Program-made: the position numbers and the translations under genes
Notes under the pieces: model-generated
Told to the model about the DNA's origin: nothing
The model's input: the letters and a program-made list of their open reading frames with translations, nothing else
Database searches by the model: none
NCBI GenBank assembly: GCA_965644295.1
Contig: CBFFRP010000432.1
Span: 62,001-126,000 of the forward strand
Length of the DNA stretch: 64,000 nucleotides
Direction: 5' to 3'
Source of the DNA: Paraphysomonas bandaiensis
Lineage: Eukaryota > Protista > Chrysophyceae
Part shown: positions 14,054 through 28,200 of the stretch, piece by piece
Layout of the letters: the number at the start of each line of letters is the position of its first letter
Numbering within the stretch: the stretch's first letter is position 1

Positions 14054-16294
14054 TAATGAGTGCATATGTGAAACTTTTTACTACAACTGTGAATCAACGT
14101 ATTCTCTGTATACTGTGTATATGGTATACATAGGTATACGTGTACGTATATGAGTGTATACTTCTGAGTGACTTCGAAGTGAATGTGATGTGGATATATG
14201 CATATATGAGTACATGATTCAGAGGCTCTGCTGCTGCCTCTACTCACAGACACGAGTGAAGACTATCAACAGTGTGTGGGCATAGTGGTGTATAGTGGTG
14301 TGTGCTCCTCATGAGGAGAGAGACTCGTATGATCATATGAATAATACCGCAGCAGATACACACACATACATACAGAACACCCACACACACATACATGCAT
14401 AGACCGCATGGAGCACCCTGAATAGCCATATAACTGAACCAGAAGCCTTCACCACTAATGCGCTCCTGAGTGTGTTATTTTATACGGTGTATCTGCATTA
14501 ATGGTGCTGTGGAAGCACATGTATCCGTTAGAAGACTGTGACGCTGTTGTTAATGCAGCTGGTGGTGATCATCCATATGAGGACTTCCTCTATAAGGATA
14601 GCATATGAGTAATATGAGAGTGTGGATGAGTTGTGGGGGTGGTGGGAGTGTATGTATGTGGTATAGGGACGCCTCTTACGACCCAACCAGTGAAGAGCCT
14701 GTCGACCATATGACTCCTAATACTGTATCATTCGTAATGACCTGTTGTGTCCTGTAAATATGACTGAGGTTTACATATATCATTCATCAAGATGAAGGTG
14801 CTGTCGTAGATAAGAGATGGATGTATATCGTATATTACATAATGCTATAGCATACATATCCACTTACTTACAACTTATATCATATATTACTATCAGTGTT
14901 TATCAGACACTGTAATGTAGAGCTGTCTACTAATCCTTCATCAAGATGAAGGTGCTGGTGTAGATGTAAGTATATCGTATATCACATAATGTTATAACAT
15001 ATCTACTGACAACATATATACATATTTATCAGCCTTATAGAGCTGTTTGTCAAGAGTTTGATTTCTACTGCTTAAATTTAAAGAAGTGTCATTTATCAAT
15101 TCCATACACATTTCAACTTGCAGATTTCATTGTACAACCTACCGTACGAAACTATATCCATCTGCTTTAACTTATGAACACTTACGATATGATTCACAAT
15201 TATATTCAGCGCACTAGAGAATGTTTCATTACTAGTCTTTTTTGTCCAGTTTGTGTCTCCTTGCTCTTGAACAAGCGTTGCATCACCTCTCCAGTCAAAA
15301 TATTCAAACATCAATCAAGCTACTGAATCAGATCTACTCATTATATTCCGCATCAGTACAAAATATGCCTACATGAACAAGATATAGGACTAACTGCCTG
15401 CAATAGCACAGGGAACCATCAACATCATATTCGTCGCTAAAATTTTATAGCCATTCATTTTTAACAGACTTTTACCCTCTTCTGGTTTCATGAGTGCTTT
15501 CTTCGTCAGTTCATTGATGTCTTTCTCATAGCCATCTATCGCCTGGCTTAGTTCTAAGTCTAAGACTACATCCACGACCAGCTTCATATTTCTTAAGGTA
15601 TATAAGTAGACAATAGGGCTTCTATATCCCTTAATGTGGGATCTACTAGGGGGGTCAGGTTCACTTTCTGGAATGTCATCTGGGGCCCTTAGCTTCCCTC
15701 TTTCGCTCCTTCGTGAGCCGGTGTGAACAGATGGCCGAAGTACTCAAGAGAGATGTCTTTCGGGAATGGAATCTTCATATTTTCATCATCATCAGAGCTT
15801 CAGGGTACGCTATTATACACCACGCTACAATATGGCCAACCTTTTTCTTGTATGCTGCTCTCATTCCTGCTTTTGTTCGTTAATTCTTATAGCATTGGAG
15901 TCAACAGACACAACCGGCTGTCGGCGTATACGGCCACTTCCTCTTCGCCATTTAGGCAACTCTTCTTCCTTGTCTGAATCTGTCTCACTCATGTTTGCAG
16001 TAACTATGGTCGAATATTGATATATACCACTAACGGATATGACGTGCAAGGAGAATAGTAGAGTATTCTAACAGTGTTTTACAACTAATAAAGTGGCTAT
16101 TTCCCTATAAAGTTGTAGTTTCCTCATATAAAAGTGCCGATTTTTCTGTGAAAGGAAATATTTCACATATGCATTGAATATGATTATCTACTATATATTT
16201 GTCCGTATTCGAGGCATATGTGAAACATTTCCTTTCACAGGTGGGGTTTTTAGATGAGGAAAAAACCCACAGAGTTTCACATATGCAGTCCATA
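14054..16294 (-). mobile_element. Crypton-like transposon, copy 2 of the tandem dimer
   Basis: Matches copy 1 at offset 2244/2245; the only difference noticed is one extra G in the G run near 15649-15654; ends in CCATA at 16290-16294. Confidence 0.75.
15096..15992 (-). pseudogene. Decayed Crypton tyrosine recombinase (copy 2)
   Basis: Same ORF fragments as copy 1 (15096-15314, 15390-15587, 15861-16049). Confidence 0.7.
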
Positions 16295-16441
16295 CATACA
16301 TACATACATACATACATACATACATACATACATACATACATACATACATACATACATACATACATACATACATACATACATACATACATACATACATACA
16401 TACATACATACATACATACATACATACATACATACATACAT
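16291..16441. repeat. (CATA)37 microsatellite
   Basis: Read directly; right flank of the Crypton-like dimer. Confidence 0.98.
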
Positions 16442-16594
16442 GCGGTGGTATGTATAGCACTGTAAGTGTACGAGTGGAGTTGGAATGATGATGGCACTGT
16501 ACACGACTGTGTGCAGCATATAGCAGAAGAGTATGTATATATATCACAGTATAGTGCTTTAAGCAATGTAAGACCCCATAGTGCATACACTACA

Positions 16595-17656
16595 ATGGAC
16601 TTGACTATAGTGTTGGTAACATCCCCGGCCATATCTAACCCGGACACACATGTCATCGAGAGCACTATAGAGAGCCTGTGTCTTCTAGAGGACACGCAGG
16701 ACTGTCCTGTGCTCATAGTGATGGACGGGTACACTGTACACAATAAAATACAAACAAAGCGAGGCAGAATCACCGCAGATATGGAGAGGAACTATAAGAG
16801 TTACTGTGAGAGGCTGCTGCGCATATACAGGCACACGAGATTCAGTTTCTTTCAGTGTGATACTCATCATGGATTCGCATTAGCTGTACAGAGAGGACTG
16901 CAGTTATGTCAGACCACTTATGCACTTGTTATGCAGCATGATCGGAAGTTTATTCGGCCGTTTTTTGGTGTTAATCATATTCTGGACACAATGCGAGAGC
17001 ACAGTCATATCCGATATGTCGGCTTTCCTACTGTGATGAGCGTGAAACACGAGGATGTATTACGCACATCAGGGCTACACGAGCTCGCAAGTGATATAAA
17101 TACACGCATCCCGCTTAGCGGAAACTGTAATGGATGTTCCCTGCGACCCCTGATATTTTGGTACGATTCTAACCACTTGTGCCATGTGTCTCGATATCTG
17201 GAAATATACTCTCCGTATAAATCGCTTCCAATAGGCTTGAAGAATGTGGTAGATAGTATTGACCCGAAAGCAATTCGTAACATGGTTATGCGCAAAGGGG
17301 ACTTCATTGAGGACAGGTTCGGACAAATGCAAAGAAATATTTTAGTCGCGTTGAGGGGCCAAGGTCCGGAGCTGGTGGAAATGTTCGAATGGTTCGGGTC
17401 GTACATTCTCTGGCACCCTGAGATTGACGATGAGAACAAATCGCCCTCCACTTCTGCCGCAGCGTCTGTATGTCTTTCTGATAGTTTAGTTGTCACAAAC
17501 GGAATCACTGATATGAACCAGAAATCGTATGTTAGTGGAACCGAACTTAGAAAGAATAGAAACCGATCATGTATAATGGTGTCCCATCTACGAGGCCGTC
17601 ATTATTTGCCCAATGCTAGTGTCATTGCAAGATGCAATGCAGCTTTGGAGACTTGA
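16595..17656 (+). CDS. Putative GT-A fold glycosyltransferase-like protein, intronless
   Basis: First ATG at 16595: MDLTIVLVTSP..SNPDT..IE.TI.SL, VLIVMDG, HHGFALAV..GL, YALVMQHD (DxD-like position). Confidence 0.6.
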   Translation: MDLTIVLVTSPAISNPDTHVIESTIESLCLLEDTQDCPVLIVMDGYTVHNKIQTKRGRITADMERNYKSYCERLLRIYRHTRFSFFQCDTHHGFALAVQRGLQLCQTTYALVMQHDRKFIRPFFGVNHILDTMREHSHIRYVGFPTVMSVKHEDVLRTSGLHELASDINTRIPLSGNCNGCSLRPLIFWYDSNHLCHVSRYLEIYSPYKSLPIGLKNVVDSIDPKAIRNMVMRKGDFIEDRFGQMQRNILVALRGQGPELVEMFEWFGSYILWHPEIDDENKSPSTSAAASVCLSDSLVVTNGITDMNQKSYVSGTELRKNRNRSCIMVSHLRGRHYLPNASVIARCNAALET

Positions 17657-17940
17657 TCTGAACTGTTTACAGCTTTGTTGCAAGCGTGCGATTGATAAGT
17701 GCGTAGCGTATATGGTGGTATAGGAGTGAATGTACTGTTCTGATGAGCAATTAATGTAGATATTTGTGATTTATAAAGATGACACTTTTGTTTTTGTTTG
17801 ATTTTTCATCTTAAGTAAACTTTGATTCAGATAGAAGAGTCTTATAAGACGCAAGTCGTGTTGGTCCAGCACGAATAAATTGTATCCGCGGCGTCTATAA
17901 TCTGCAAAGCCGTAGATCTACAAACACTTGGGAACGTGCG

Positions 17941-18792
17941 GTGTCATTTTAAATTTATTTTAACTTAATTTTGTAGTTGTCCCTACTAAATTAAAAGTGG
18001 CAGTTGGGCCGTATTTAAGTAGTATCGATAAAAATTTTAACTAGCAGGAATGTCTGCAAAATTTAGTAGGCTCAGCTGTCAATTTTAGTTTATTAGGAAC
18101 AATTGGAAAATTAGTAGGGACAAATGTATTTCGGTGGGGACGTGCCAACCAAGTTCATAAAAAGCTTAAACAGAAAGAATATATAAAAATGAGTATGGTT
18201 TTGAGATTCCAACGCGTTAGATATAATCTCATAAATAGATAAATAGAAAGGCAATTGCATTCCTATTAAATATCGAGAATGGATTAATTGCCTATTCTCG
18301 ATACGTCATATTGTCTTTGGATACCACTTACGTATATAACTATGCCCTAGCTGACAGTATAGCTTGCTCAAGTGTCATTTCATTCCAGAGGCGACGATTC
18401 AGGCGTATTAGCTGGTATGTTGTACGTTTTACACGGGAATATATTTGTCCCTACTAAAATATAACCGACGTTCCTACAAAAACATCATTTCCATAACGCG
18501 CCGACTGTCAAACGATGGTGTCACAAATATTCGAAAAGGTCAAGCAGGAAAAATTTACACCGCTACCGACGTCATTTGTTCCTTCTAAATTTTTCTGACT
18601 TCCCTATTAAATTAAAAATGGCAGCTGAGCCTACTAAATTTTCAGACATTTCTACTAAATGTTAAGAAAAGTTATTACGGCTCAACTACATCTGCAAAAT
18701 TTAGTAGGAATATCTGCAAAATTTAGTTGAAACTGATGACACTTGTTAGTTTAGTAAGAACAAATGGAAAATTAGTAGGTCTAAAATGACAC
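17941..18792. mobile_element. Non-coding foldback/MITE-like element with long imperfect inverted arms
   Basis: Ends GTGTCATTTTA (17941) and TAAAATGACAC (18782-18792); arms share e.g. AAATTTAGTAGGCTCAGCTG / CAGCTGAGCCTACTAAATTT; many CCTACTAAA / TTAGTAGG subrepeats; no ORF. Confidence 0.55.
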
Positions 18793-18918
18793 TGATGTTG
18801 TACATCTGGATGCTGTATGTGGTGTGTCACAACTATATATAGAAAACATCACAACTGTCAAACGATGGTGTCACGAATATTCGAAAAGGTCAAGCAGGAA
18901 AAATTTACACCGCTACCG
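18504..18918. repeat. 65-bp direct repeat (18504-18568 and 18854-18918, 1 mismatch)
   Basis: ACTGTCAAACGATGGTGTCAC(A/G)AATATTCGAAAAGGTCAAGCAGGAAAAATTTACACCGCTACCG present twice. Confidence 0.95.
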
Positions 18919-19269
18919 CAGAGCAGACTGATTTTCGCGGAAAATAGCATCAATGATTACTCCGGTAGCGTTTACTAGAAATCTGAATAGGGTCAGTCGT
19001 TACATTACGAGTGCGAGCACTTGAATAAAATATAGATGTGAAAATCAAAACACGGTATTCTGCTAGTACTATTACAAATAGTTTCGAAATCAATGGTTTT
19101 TCGATTTCTATAATCTCAACAATTACCGCCTTATTAGTACGTACATTCTAAGTACAGTTAAAGAGCATAGCATTTGCTGATTCCATGTTCCTATTAAGTA
19201 CACATACAATACACAGTCGAGATATATATACCAAATGATTTTACACAAAAACTCCAATACTATCGTACG

Positions 19270-22200
19270 TCAACAAGAAGACAAAAAACGTACAAACACA
19301 TAAAGTCGGCATATTACCACTCGTTCTGTCGAAGTATTGCTACTCAAGTTGTGCTTAACAGCAACAGGCTTCTTGATTGAAGAAATCTGATGGGATAAGT
19401 CGTTCATCAAATTTGATACATCTGTCGCTTGTGAACTAGTAGCAGCCACTAACTGTGTACATGAAGTAAGAGATACTTAAGAATTATACTGTGCACGTAC
19501 CTGTTCCAAGGAATCTGGCAATGTATCGAGCTTTGATACCAAGTCTATAGCTAAACAAACACCATTTTCTGCTTCTTCTGCCTGCTCGGTCATTTCAAAC
19601 ATACCACGAACAAATTCTTCCGTGTTGCTATCCAGCGCTACTTTAGTTGGGGGAGAAAAATGCTTCATATTATCACTGTCACCTAAAAATAATTTTATAT
19701 AAAGTTTCGTATAGCAAGATTTCGGTTCTTACTATTCGACTCATGCTCTCCAGTGCTAATAGTTGAGAGGGATAACAATTCAGAATCAGAGTGTCTCTCA
19801 TGTGATGTTCGATCAACATCCAGTGCCAAGGGCAGCTCGTCATCAGAGCGGGGATACACCAAGTCTAAGGGATGAAAGTGGCACTTTCCAAACGTAAACT
19901 GCCTTTTCGGCAACGATTTCCCTTGCCGCTTCTCAAGCCGGCACTTAATTTTGATTTGCTAAACGCAAAACATATTCCACACATTAGTACTATTGATCCA
20001 ATAGGTGTTTCAAAATATACCTTTCTCGCGTATGAATCCTTTTCCATATGCAAGGGAAGCCTGATCACAGTATCACTGTCACTCCACGAATTTTTGAATT
20101 GCCTTCTCAGATCCATAGATGGTGACGTTGCTTTTCTAGATCCATATTGTACTGAAATAATCACACTGTACGAGGAAGCAATACGGTCCTCGTCATCCTT
20201 CGATCCCCAGCAAGCAATAGAGTTCATAAATATTTCGCCTCCTCGTAGATGTAGTTCGATTCCTGAATATGCCACACAGCTCGAAAGAGGCATTAATTGG
20301 GGACGATGAAAGAGTGGCCTCGGGTGTCTCAGACGCCCAACAGGCTCATCGTCCAAGATATGTGTGGTAGACACTATTCCTTGAGACAGCTTCGCAGTTG
20401 CTCCAAGAACACCTACCACTGGGGAAAGTGCAAGGCTTGACATGCCTAACACAAATCCTTGCGCTGTCTTCACAACGCTTCTCTGCTTTATACCACGATA
20501 CGGTTTGGTCGCCACATTTTTCACACCTGAAAAATCAATAGGGGTCACACACTAGCAATGAATGATAACACTATGGCGGACCTTCTTTCACAGTAGAAAC
20601 AAATACTCCACCAGCCTGTATGATTCCACTGCCAATATGATCGGGATCCTTCTTACCCATGTACTTCTTGAAATTGGTGGTACCAGACAAAGCTGATAAG
20701 TTTTCTCCTAAGCTATTCGCTACCTTAGCAGTTGTACCAAACGATACGCCGGCAACCCCCTGATTAAGAGTTGTAAGTACATACGAGATGCCGGAAAACG
20801 TTATGTAACTCCTTTTAAATACCTGTACAAGAGTTTGAACTCCTTCCGCTTTATAGGGCCCGCTTCCGGTAATCTCTTTGTTAGTTTGCTTGACAAACAG
20901 GCGAACAGAGGTACCTAACGACCTAATTCCACCAGCAGGATCTCCGAATATATCAGCAGAGCCAAGAATCTTACAGAAAACAGTCAGAGTTGAATATATT
21001 AACTCAATTCATTAACCTGTAGAACTTGGAAGCCCAGTTGCGAAATGTATACTGATAGTACGCGTGATGCCAAGTTCTCGGCAGTATCAAATGCATTCTG
21101 TATATGTACTCCAGCAAAGCTGAAAACAGGGTTTATATTAGTGATCCCTTTAACAGACATCAGCAGTGTTGATATCGTTGAGTCAGTAAGTGTACTCTCT
21201 ATAGCACTCTTTGGTATAGCGTCCTATAAAATATAAGGTGGAAATAGGACACTTGTTTTTTCTACCTGATCAATTTGTGTTGACAATCGGAATTTGAAAC
21301 ACATAGACTGAATATCTAAAGCTTTCACGAATATCATCGGTGTTAACAGTGACCCTTCACCAGGTGCTTTGAGTTTGTGAGCCAGCATACGTTTAACCTC
21401 TGTGGTATCACTTTCCTGACGTGACGCAATTGAGTCGGCAATCATGGAGAGAGCATGAATCATATGACCCCCAACTACCGCTACGGTAACTGCCAGAAGA
21501 AATGTAAAGTCCACCGATACACGCAGCTCCTGCACTCTCAGCTCTAATAGCTCCAGTATAGTAGCTGCAGAAGAGGGTGCAGAATCAGGAATTAGAGCTA
21601 CTTCGACAAAAGGAATGATTGCTCCCCCATAGTCTTCATGCAAGTGACTGTAAAATTACAATTTACTATATTTAAATGCCGACATTAGAGATGTACCTGT
21701 TTCGACCACTGTTAGATGATGAAAGAGCAACTCTATACTTAGCATCAGGGAGTAAATTATCGAGCTGCAGGTGGCTCACACAGAGGTAAAACTTGGGCAA
21801 CGAAGAGGACACATAAAGACTTATGTTCTCAAGTGTAAGCGAAAATATTTCTTTTGGCGTCTATCAAAGTATCAAAATTCTAAAGTTTTTTAACATAAAT
21901 CCCTTACATTATCTATTAAAGACAGAGTCACTCCTGATAAGTCAACCTTGATATCTGGAATACGAAGCGAAAATAGATTTGCCCTGTCAACTATAAAAAA
22001 CCTTTTCCTGATGTTCAATTGAGGTGGATTCGAAATCTCTAAAGTTCGGGTCTGGCCTTCAACAATCAGGCGAACATGCACGCAACTTCGAGAATTGTCT
22101 AGACGGGATACATCTATAGGTGAGAGGTCAGTTCCAACAGCTTCCATGCCGTAGCCCATACATGGGGACTGTACACCGTGCTCATCAACCACACATACTT

Positions 22201-25200
22201 CCAATACTCTTGGGGCTCCGGGGTCATCCCAGGCATAGTACGTAAACTCAGTTGGTTCTAAAACATACCTCGGAAACTCAAGAATCCGTGTATGGCGTTG
22301 TCTAAATCTGACCTTCAAATCAGGTAATCTGTTAACCACTTTAAAGGCTGGAGGATTAATGGGAGTGTAATCCCGCAAAGAAATAACACGTGCACAATTA
22401 GAATCTTGTATCGATACTTCTACGAGGTGGCGTTTGTTATCTGAACAGCGTAACGTGACATGTTCAACGCCAGGATGAGAAATATTTATCGGAGGTGACC
22501 ACAGTTTAAAAGACGACGACTTGACAAAAGATAACATAAACTTGATTTCTCCTTGCACATAAGTGGACGCTGCTAATCCATCGCCTTTTGAAACCAACTT
22601 CAACTCTCGCGTCTGTATAAGATAAAAGTTGGATAAATGAATAAGTATATAACTGCAACATCACCTCTCCCAGCCGAGTCATATCATCACAGATGTCGTG
22701 GTGTGTGAGTCGAACTTGACCAAGAAAGTCACCAATGTAAGAGTTTAAGTCAACATCAAACACGGACAAAATGAGTTCACACGATAGGTAATCCTCTTTA
22801 TGGAAAGGTATAAGAAATGTTTCATTCCACACGGGGTTTAATGTGTCATTTATATGGCGAGTTTTATATACTACTTCTCCTTGCCATATGATTGAACAAA
22901 TTGGATCACTTGATCCGATTAAGTCTGACCTAGCCAAACCGGATGCGGATAAAATATTAACGGAGAGGAAGTTAGTATCTCCACATGCAGCATCTGGCAA
23001 GGGAGGGCGGTTGCTTAAAATCTTGAGTGAAACTGCAGGGTAAAAAAGTGAAAGGGACGAGAGCATTGCGCTATAAAATGCTTTCTTTTCATTGAATGAA
23101 AAAAACGTCGCGGAAGTATTTGACTCAGTGTTGACAACAACCGGTTTCAAGCTTAGATCATCATCATCATGGTCATTGATGCTTTCGCTGCTATATCGAC
23201 TGTAATCTCCAAACTCATCTTGATTGTAATCATCGCTGTCTTCTGCTATGATAGGATCCACTGCAAAGGCGCCCCAGTCCCTTGAATTTTGAGCAATTTT
23301 AAATCTCGATATACTATCTTCCTCAGACACGTTCGAATTCTTCCTAATACTCTGTGATATTGGTTGTTCTTCGTCTTTTGATCCTAGGAAGTAGTTAACA
23401 CGACCCACAACAGCATTGTAATTACGTACCTTCATCGCTCAAATTGTCTGTAGAAGCCACCCCCAAAAGTGATTTTATTTCACTTTCTCGCAAAATTTTA
23501 AGTGGAAACAAAGACAGGTGCAGGGAAGACAAATTCTGCACAACATATCTGGGTGTTATCACAACAATGCGAGTACGAGAGAAAAGACCAGGGGCGGCAG
23601 CTACTGATGCCCCAAGATACACATTACCACATCGAATCGCCTGAGGTTGAGACGAAGATACGTATATTTTACCAGAAGAATACTTACCAAGCACTCCGTT
23701 CTGAGGAGGAGTGTGAGACAAATTTTCAAACTCATCCAGAGAGCTACAATGTCGACTATTTTCATGTTTCTTGGAAGTTTTCACTTTAATGCTCTTTGTG
23801 TCCAACAGACTGATAATCGGTCCTTTTGAGCTCATTGTTTCACCGCCAAGTACACCAGAAACCGCTGAATTGTTTCCAAAAACATTGCATCCACATTCAC
23901 TTCCCCGTATCAATTGCTTGTCTCCATGTGAGCTCTTTACCCAAAAGTTCAAAATTAATCCAGTGTTGTTTTGTATCCAGGTATCAGCATATATTGTTAT
24001 TGTACAAGATGAGCTCCGGCAGATGTTTCGAATACTCTCTCTTCTAGGATCTCTGACTTTCCTCGCACGAACAAAAATACCACGTTCTGTAAAGTAGCAT
24101 GGTAATAATACATCATTTTCTGTTACATTTTTGGTATTGGTATCGAGCATATCGCACACAGATATCTCTGGTGACCACTGAATAGAGTCTTTGAAAGAAT
24201 TCGTATCATATCGATTTATAACGCGCATACACACTCCACGAGAACTTTCGGGAGAGACAGGCAATACGACTTCGTCACCCACATCTAAACGACTGTGCTT
24301 TACGTCTATATCAGACTCCTTATCACTGTCCACTACAATCTCATGATATTTTATCTCAACGTCGCATGGAAGCCCGTTGATAAACTTAAACCCACATACG
24401 ACTTCGATGCTATAGTCATATATTGTCCTTGAAGAACGGTTATCGATTAGCATTGAGCTCCTACAATACAGAATATGGCGCTCAACTACGCAGCGCATGT
24501 CCTCCGAACATATGACTCCATCGAGCGAAAATGTGGGACCCCACTGCGTACCACTCTGATCAAATATAGAATACATACACATCTCATCGTTTACATAAGG
24601 CAATGGCACAGCCCGGGTACGACCCTTCGGTATACAAATTTCGTGGATGGGGTCACTCTCACGAGGCGAAAGAGTAAACACTCCGACACGCAGCAAGTCA
24701 GCGGTCCCATTATCGAAACATACATTCGAACGAACTATCATTGCATTCGAATGTTGTATAACTTCCTCCATGTCTGATATATTTTCTCTCTGTGTAATAT
24801 ACAATAGTCACATCACTTAGACAAAATCGCAGTAAAACAAACAGACCTGAGGAGCGATTACAATTCCAGACTCATACTTCTTAATATTCCCCTCCTTTGA
24901 AACACCACTGGATGGCAAATACAAGTGAAAAATGAATATACTACAGATATCATAACACACCTCCTCGATAATTTTCTCGAGCTGAGAAACACATCTTGAA
25001 GTGCAAATGAGTGCAAAGGCATCAAATTCGAAGTATACATAACAGAATGATCACAATTTTCTTTCGTTGACATGAACAAAGTTGGAAACACTGATGAATA
25101 AGAGTCCGTGCTATAAATACGTGACCACGGTACATGTACAGGACGTGTCACTCCATTAGGAACGGATAGCGATGATACCTTAATCGAGTTTTTAAAAGAT

Positions 25201-28200
25201 ATACCCTTCCTCCTCGTATCAGAGGAGCGCTTGGAAAGATGAAGATCGACATTTAAATCCACACCACAGGTGTTGATCAGCACAAACGAGGGGACAAAGG
25301 CACATTCCCACATAGTTCCAACTGTTTCCGGCCGATTCAAAGTGCTTGGACTCCTAACCGCATCAGCTGAGTCCTGAAAGTGTTCCTAAATTCTTATTAA
25401 ATAAGCTACGTGCTGATGAATTACTGAACTAACCTCGCAGTACACACCTGATAGGTTGTGAGACTGACTTAAACGAAGCATGATCGATGCTATGGTTTGG
25501 AGTAGAGTTGCAGATAAATTAATTGCAACTTGTCCATCATCACTTATCCACACCGTCAGCTCCCCATTTCCTTCATCCTTGCCAACCAAAAGCTGTACAA
25601 CATATGGTTCAATGATTGGTTCTGTAGTTCCGACTTCACTACTAAAGTACTCGCACATAATAGCAATTGATCCGGATATATCGCAATCTAATCCATGCGC
25701 CATATTCGCGTACATGTTAAGAGCAGTCCCATAATGCGAAACCTTTCCACTAACACATATATCAGTCAGTTCGCAATATACTCTAGGTTGTTGGGGGCCG
25801 AGTAACAAGTCCATGTATTTCCATTCTACTGAACCCAATTTAATATCCACAAAACTTTCAGTTCGCTCAATGACAACCTGGGTAGATATGACTGTGGGGG
25901 ACGTAGTAGTTTTCAAATGGGTTACTGTAGTGTTGTTGAGCCGAATGTCGTTGCAAAAAACTGATATATATGACCTCCACAAGTCCTCTACACATACCAG
26001 CTTGCCCACATCACTATCTTCCCTTAAATTCCATGGAACCATGCGGTACTCATCAAGTTCAATAGTGATAATGTGATCCCAGAGCGCTCGCGCCAATGAC
26101 GCATCTCTGCATAGACGCACTAATTGCTTCTGTATCTGTACGGGGGAAGTGTTTCCTGAATGAACCTAACTTATTTCAAACAATAAGACTTCAAGTAAAG
26201 AAACATACCTATCACTCCGGTTTGTCTCCGAAGCGACGTTTCCTTCTCTAAGAGTTGCCACAATAAACTACGATCATGGGCACTTCGGAATGAATTTGCA
26301 ATGAAACCATGGCAATTAGCCCCCACATATTCACTGAGCTATATAAACAGTATAACCTGCATGTATCAAAGTAATTACAAGGTACCTGCAGAGGCACTGA
26401 GCCCTTAATTGCTACGCGATGATCGCAAAATAGATCACTCGCAACTTCATTAAATAATCCAATATTCACCTCGTTGCACATTATACACTCAAAACGAGCA
26501 AAAATTGCATCTACCACGTGGCTGAGCTCTGAGGTGCATAAGTTAAAATGTTTCAAGGACGACCGCACCAATTCCTGTATCGCTTCACGACTAATTGTTT
26601 CGTCACTGATATTATTAACCTGAAGACGATCATGCAACTGATTCAAAAAAATACGACACTTCTCACTCCCTGGGGGAAGTTTTGATGGGGATTCAGTCAA
26701 CTCCAGTGTCATTTTTTTCCACACCTCAGGATACACGCGGACGCAGTTGTCGAGATAATTTAATATTATATTTACCTCTTGGTCAGATATATTGAAACTA
26801 AAAGGCTGAGATCTGGATACAACGCTCCGTTTCATATACATTTTACCGAGACAGTCGGTTTCAACTCTGCTGTCATTTACTTCCTCCAAATACAGAGAGT
26901 ATAAAAAAGAAAAATCGAAGTCTTTCAAACCATCGGGGCACACTCGCGGTAGTGGACTGAACACAAACCACGGCAGCTCATCCTCCTTAATTCCCTCACT
27001 GTAAGTCTATATTCATTCCATCAACAAAAGAACTTAAAGAGCGAAGATGCCGACTACTACCTGAACAAAAGGTGAAAGTTCAGAATTGGTAACACGACCC
27101 CACACCGCCTCATAGCGCGACCCAGAAACAATAACCACAGATAGATCCGTTTTGTAGTAAAGAACGACCACACCACTGTCGTTCTGAGACAGCGATTGGG
27201 GATCTGCAAGTACAATGCATAAAAATTGTTGAGTTGAAATGCATGTCCGGATTATTCGACATTTATATCACAGACATACCTCTTATTCCACACCCCACGT
27301 TAATGAGTATCACATCGCATCTCATATTTAGACCTCCCCAAATTGACCCTGGTAAGGGTTTGTCAAGTTCAGTTGAGGGAAGACTCGAGTCGTCGAATGC
27401 ACTCCAGAACTTAGATACACCAGACATGCAGTCAGCTATATCAAGCAAGTATGCAGTAGCATAAGATATGGTTTCTGCTTCATTTACGAATAAGGCATTG
27501 GACACACGCAAGCACACCTAAAATAACGTGTATCACACAGAATATACGACTATTTCAGCAATATATAACCGTGAGAAATGGGGAAAGAGAGTCCTGGTGA
27601 ATCGTAGCTGTAATCATAGGATCAATTTCATCGACATTACATCGGTATTCATCAGACTTCAATACAACACATCGATCGACAATGGCACCCCCACTTGACA
27701 TTCGCCTTGACTGTGGAAAGTGACTCCCTTCAGCAAAAATAGCAACGCGACATATACATAATTCGTAGCACCTAGATATTTCACAGTACGCAATAGAGAA
27801 AGGCGTTACCATCAAAAGGATGTCTACTTAAACACGTACCCAATTTTGTCCCAAGAATAAGTGGTAATCAAGGGCAGGGTAACTTCACAGTGAATCGAAT
27901 AAAAAATCACTCGTACCGATGGTTGTGATTCGCTATGGGGTGTTGAAGTACGTGATGCCCCATGTCTCAAACGAGGGGAAGTCAGTCTCACATCGATAGT
28001 TTGAATATCACATTGGATCTATAGCGAAGTATTAGATACAGAGAGAATTTTGCTGATACCTACCTCAATATATCTAAATAGAGTAGAGTCTTCACTAGCT
28101 CTTCTGTAAACTTCAGCGGCAAACTAACCCATGATAGTTATTTATTTCAATTCGTAGGCCTGTGGGCAACACTACCTCAATGAAGCTTGCGGAGTTTTTA

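Noticed and set aside
16105-16773. ORFs with MYVC / IHTY repeats
   Set aside because: Translations of the (CATA)n microsatellite, not genes
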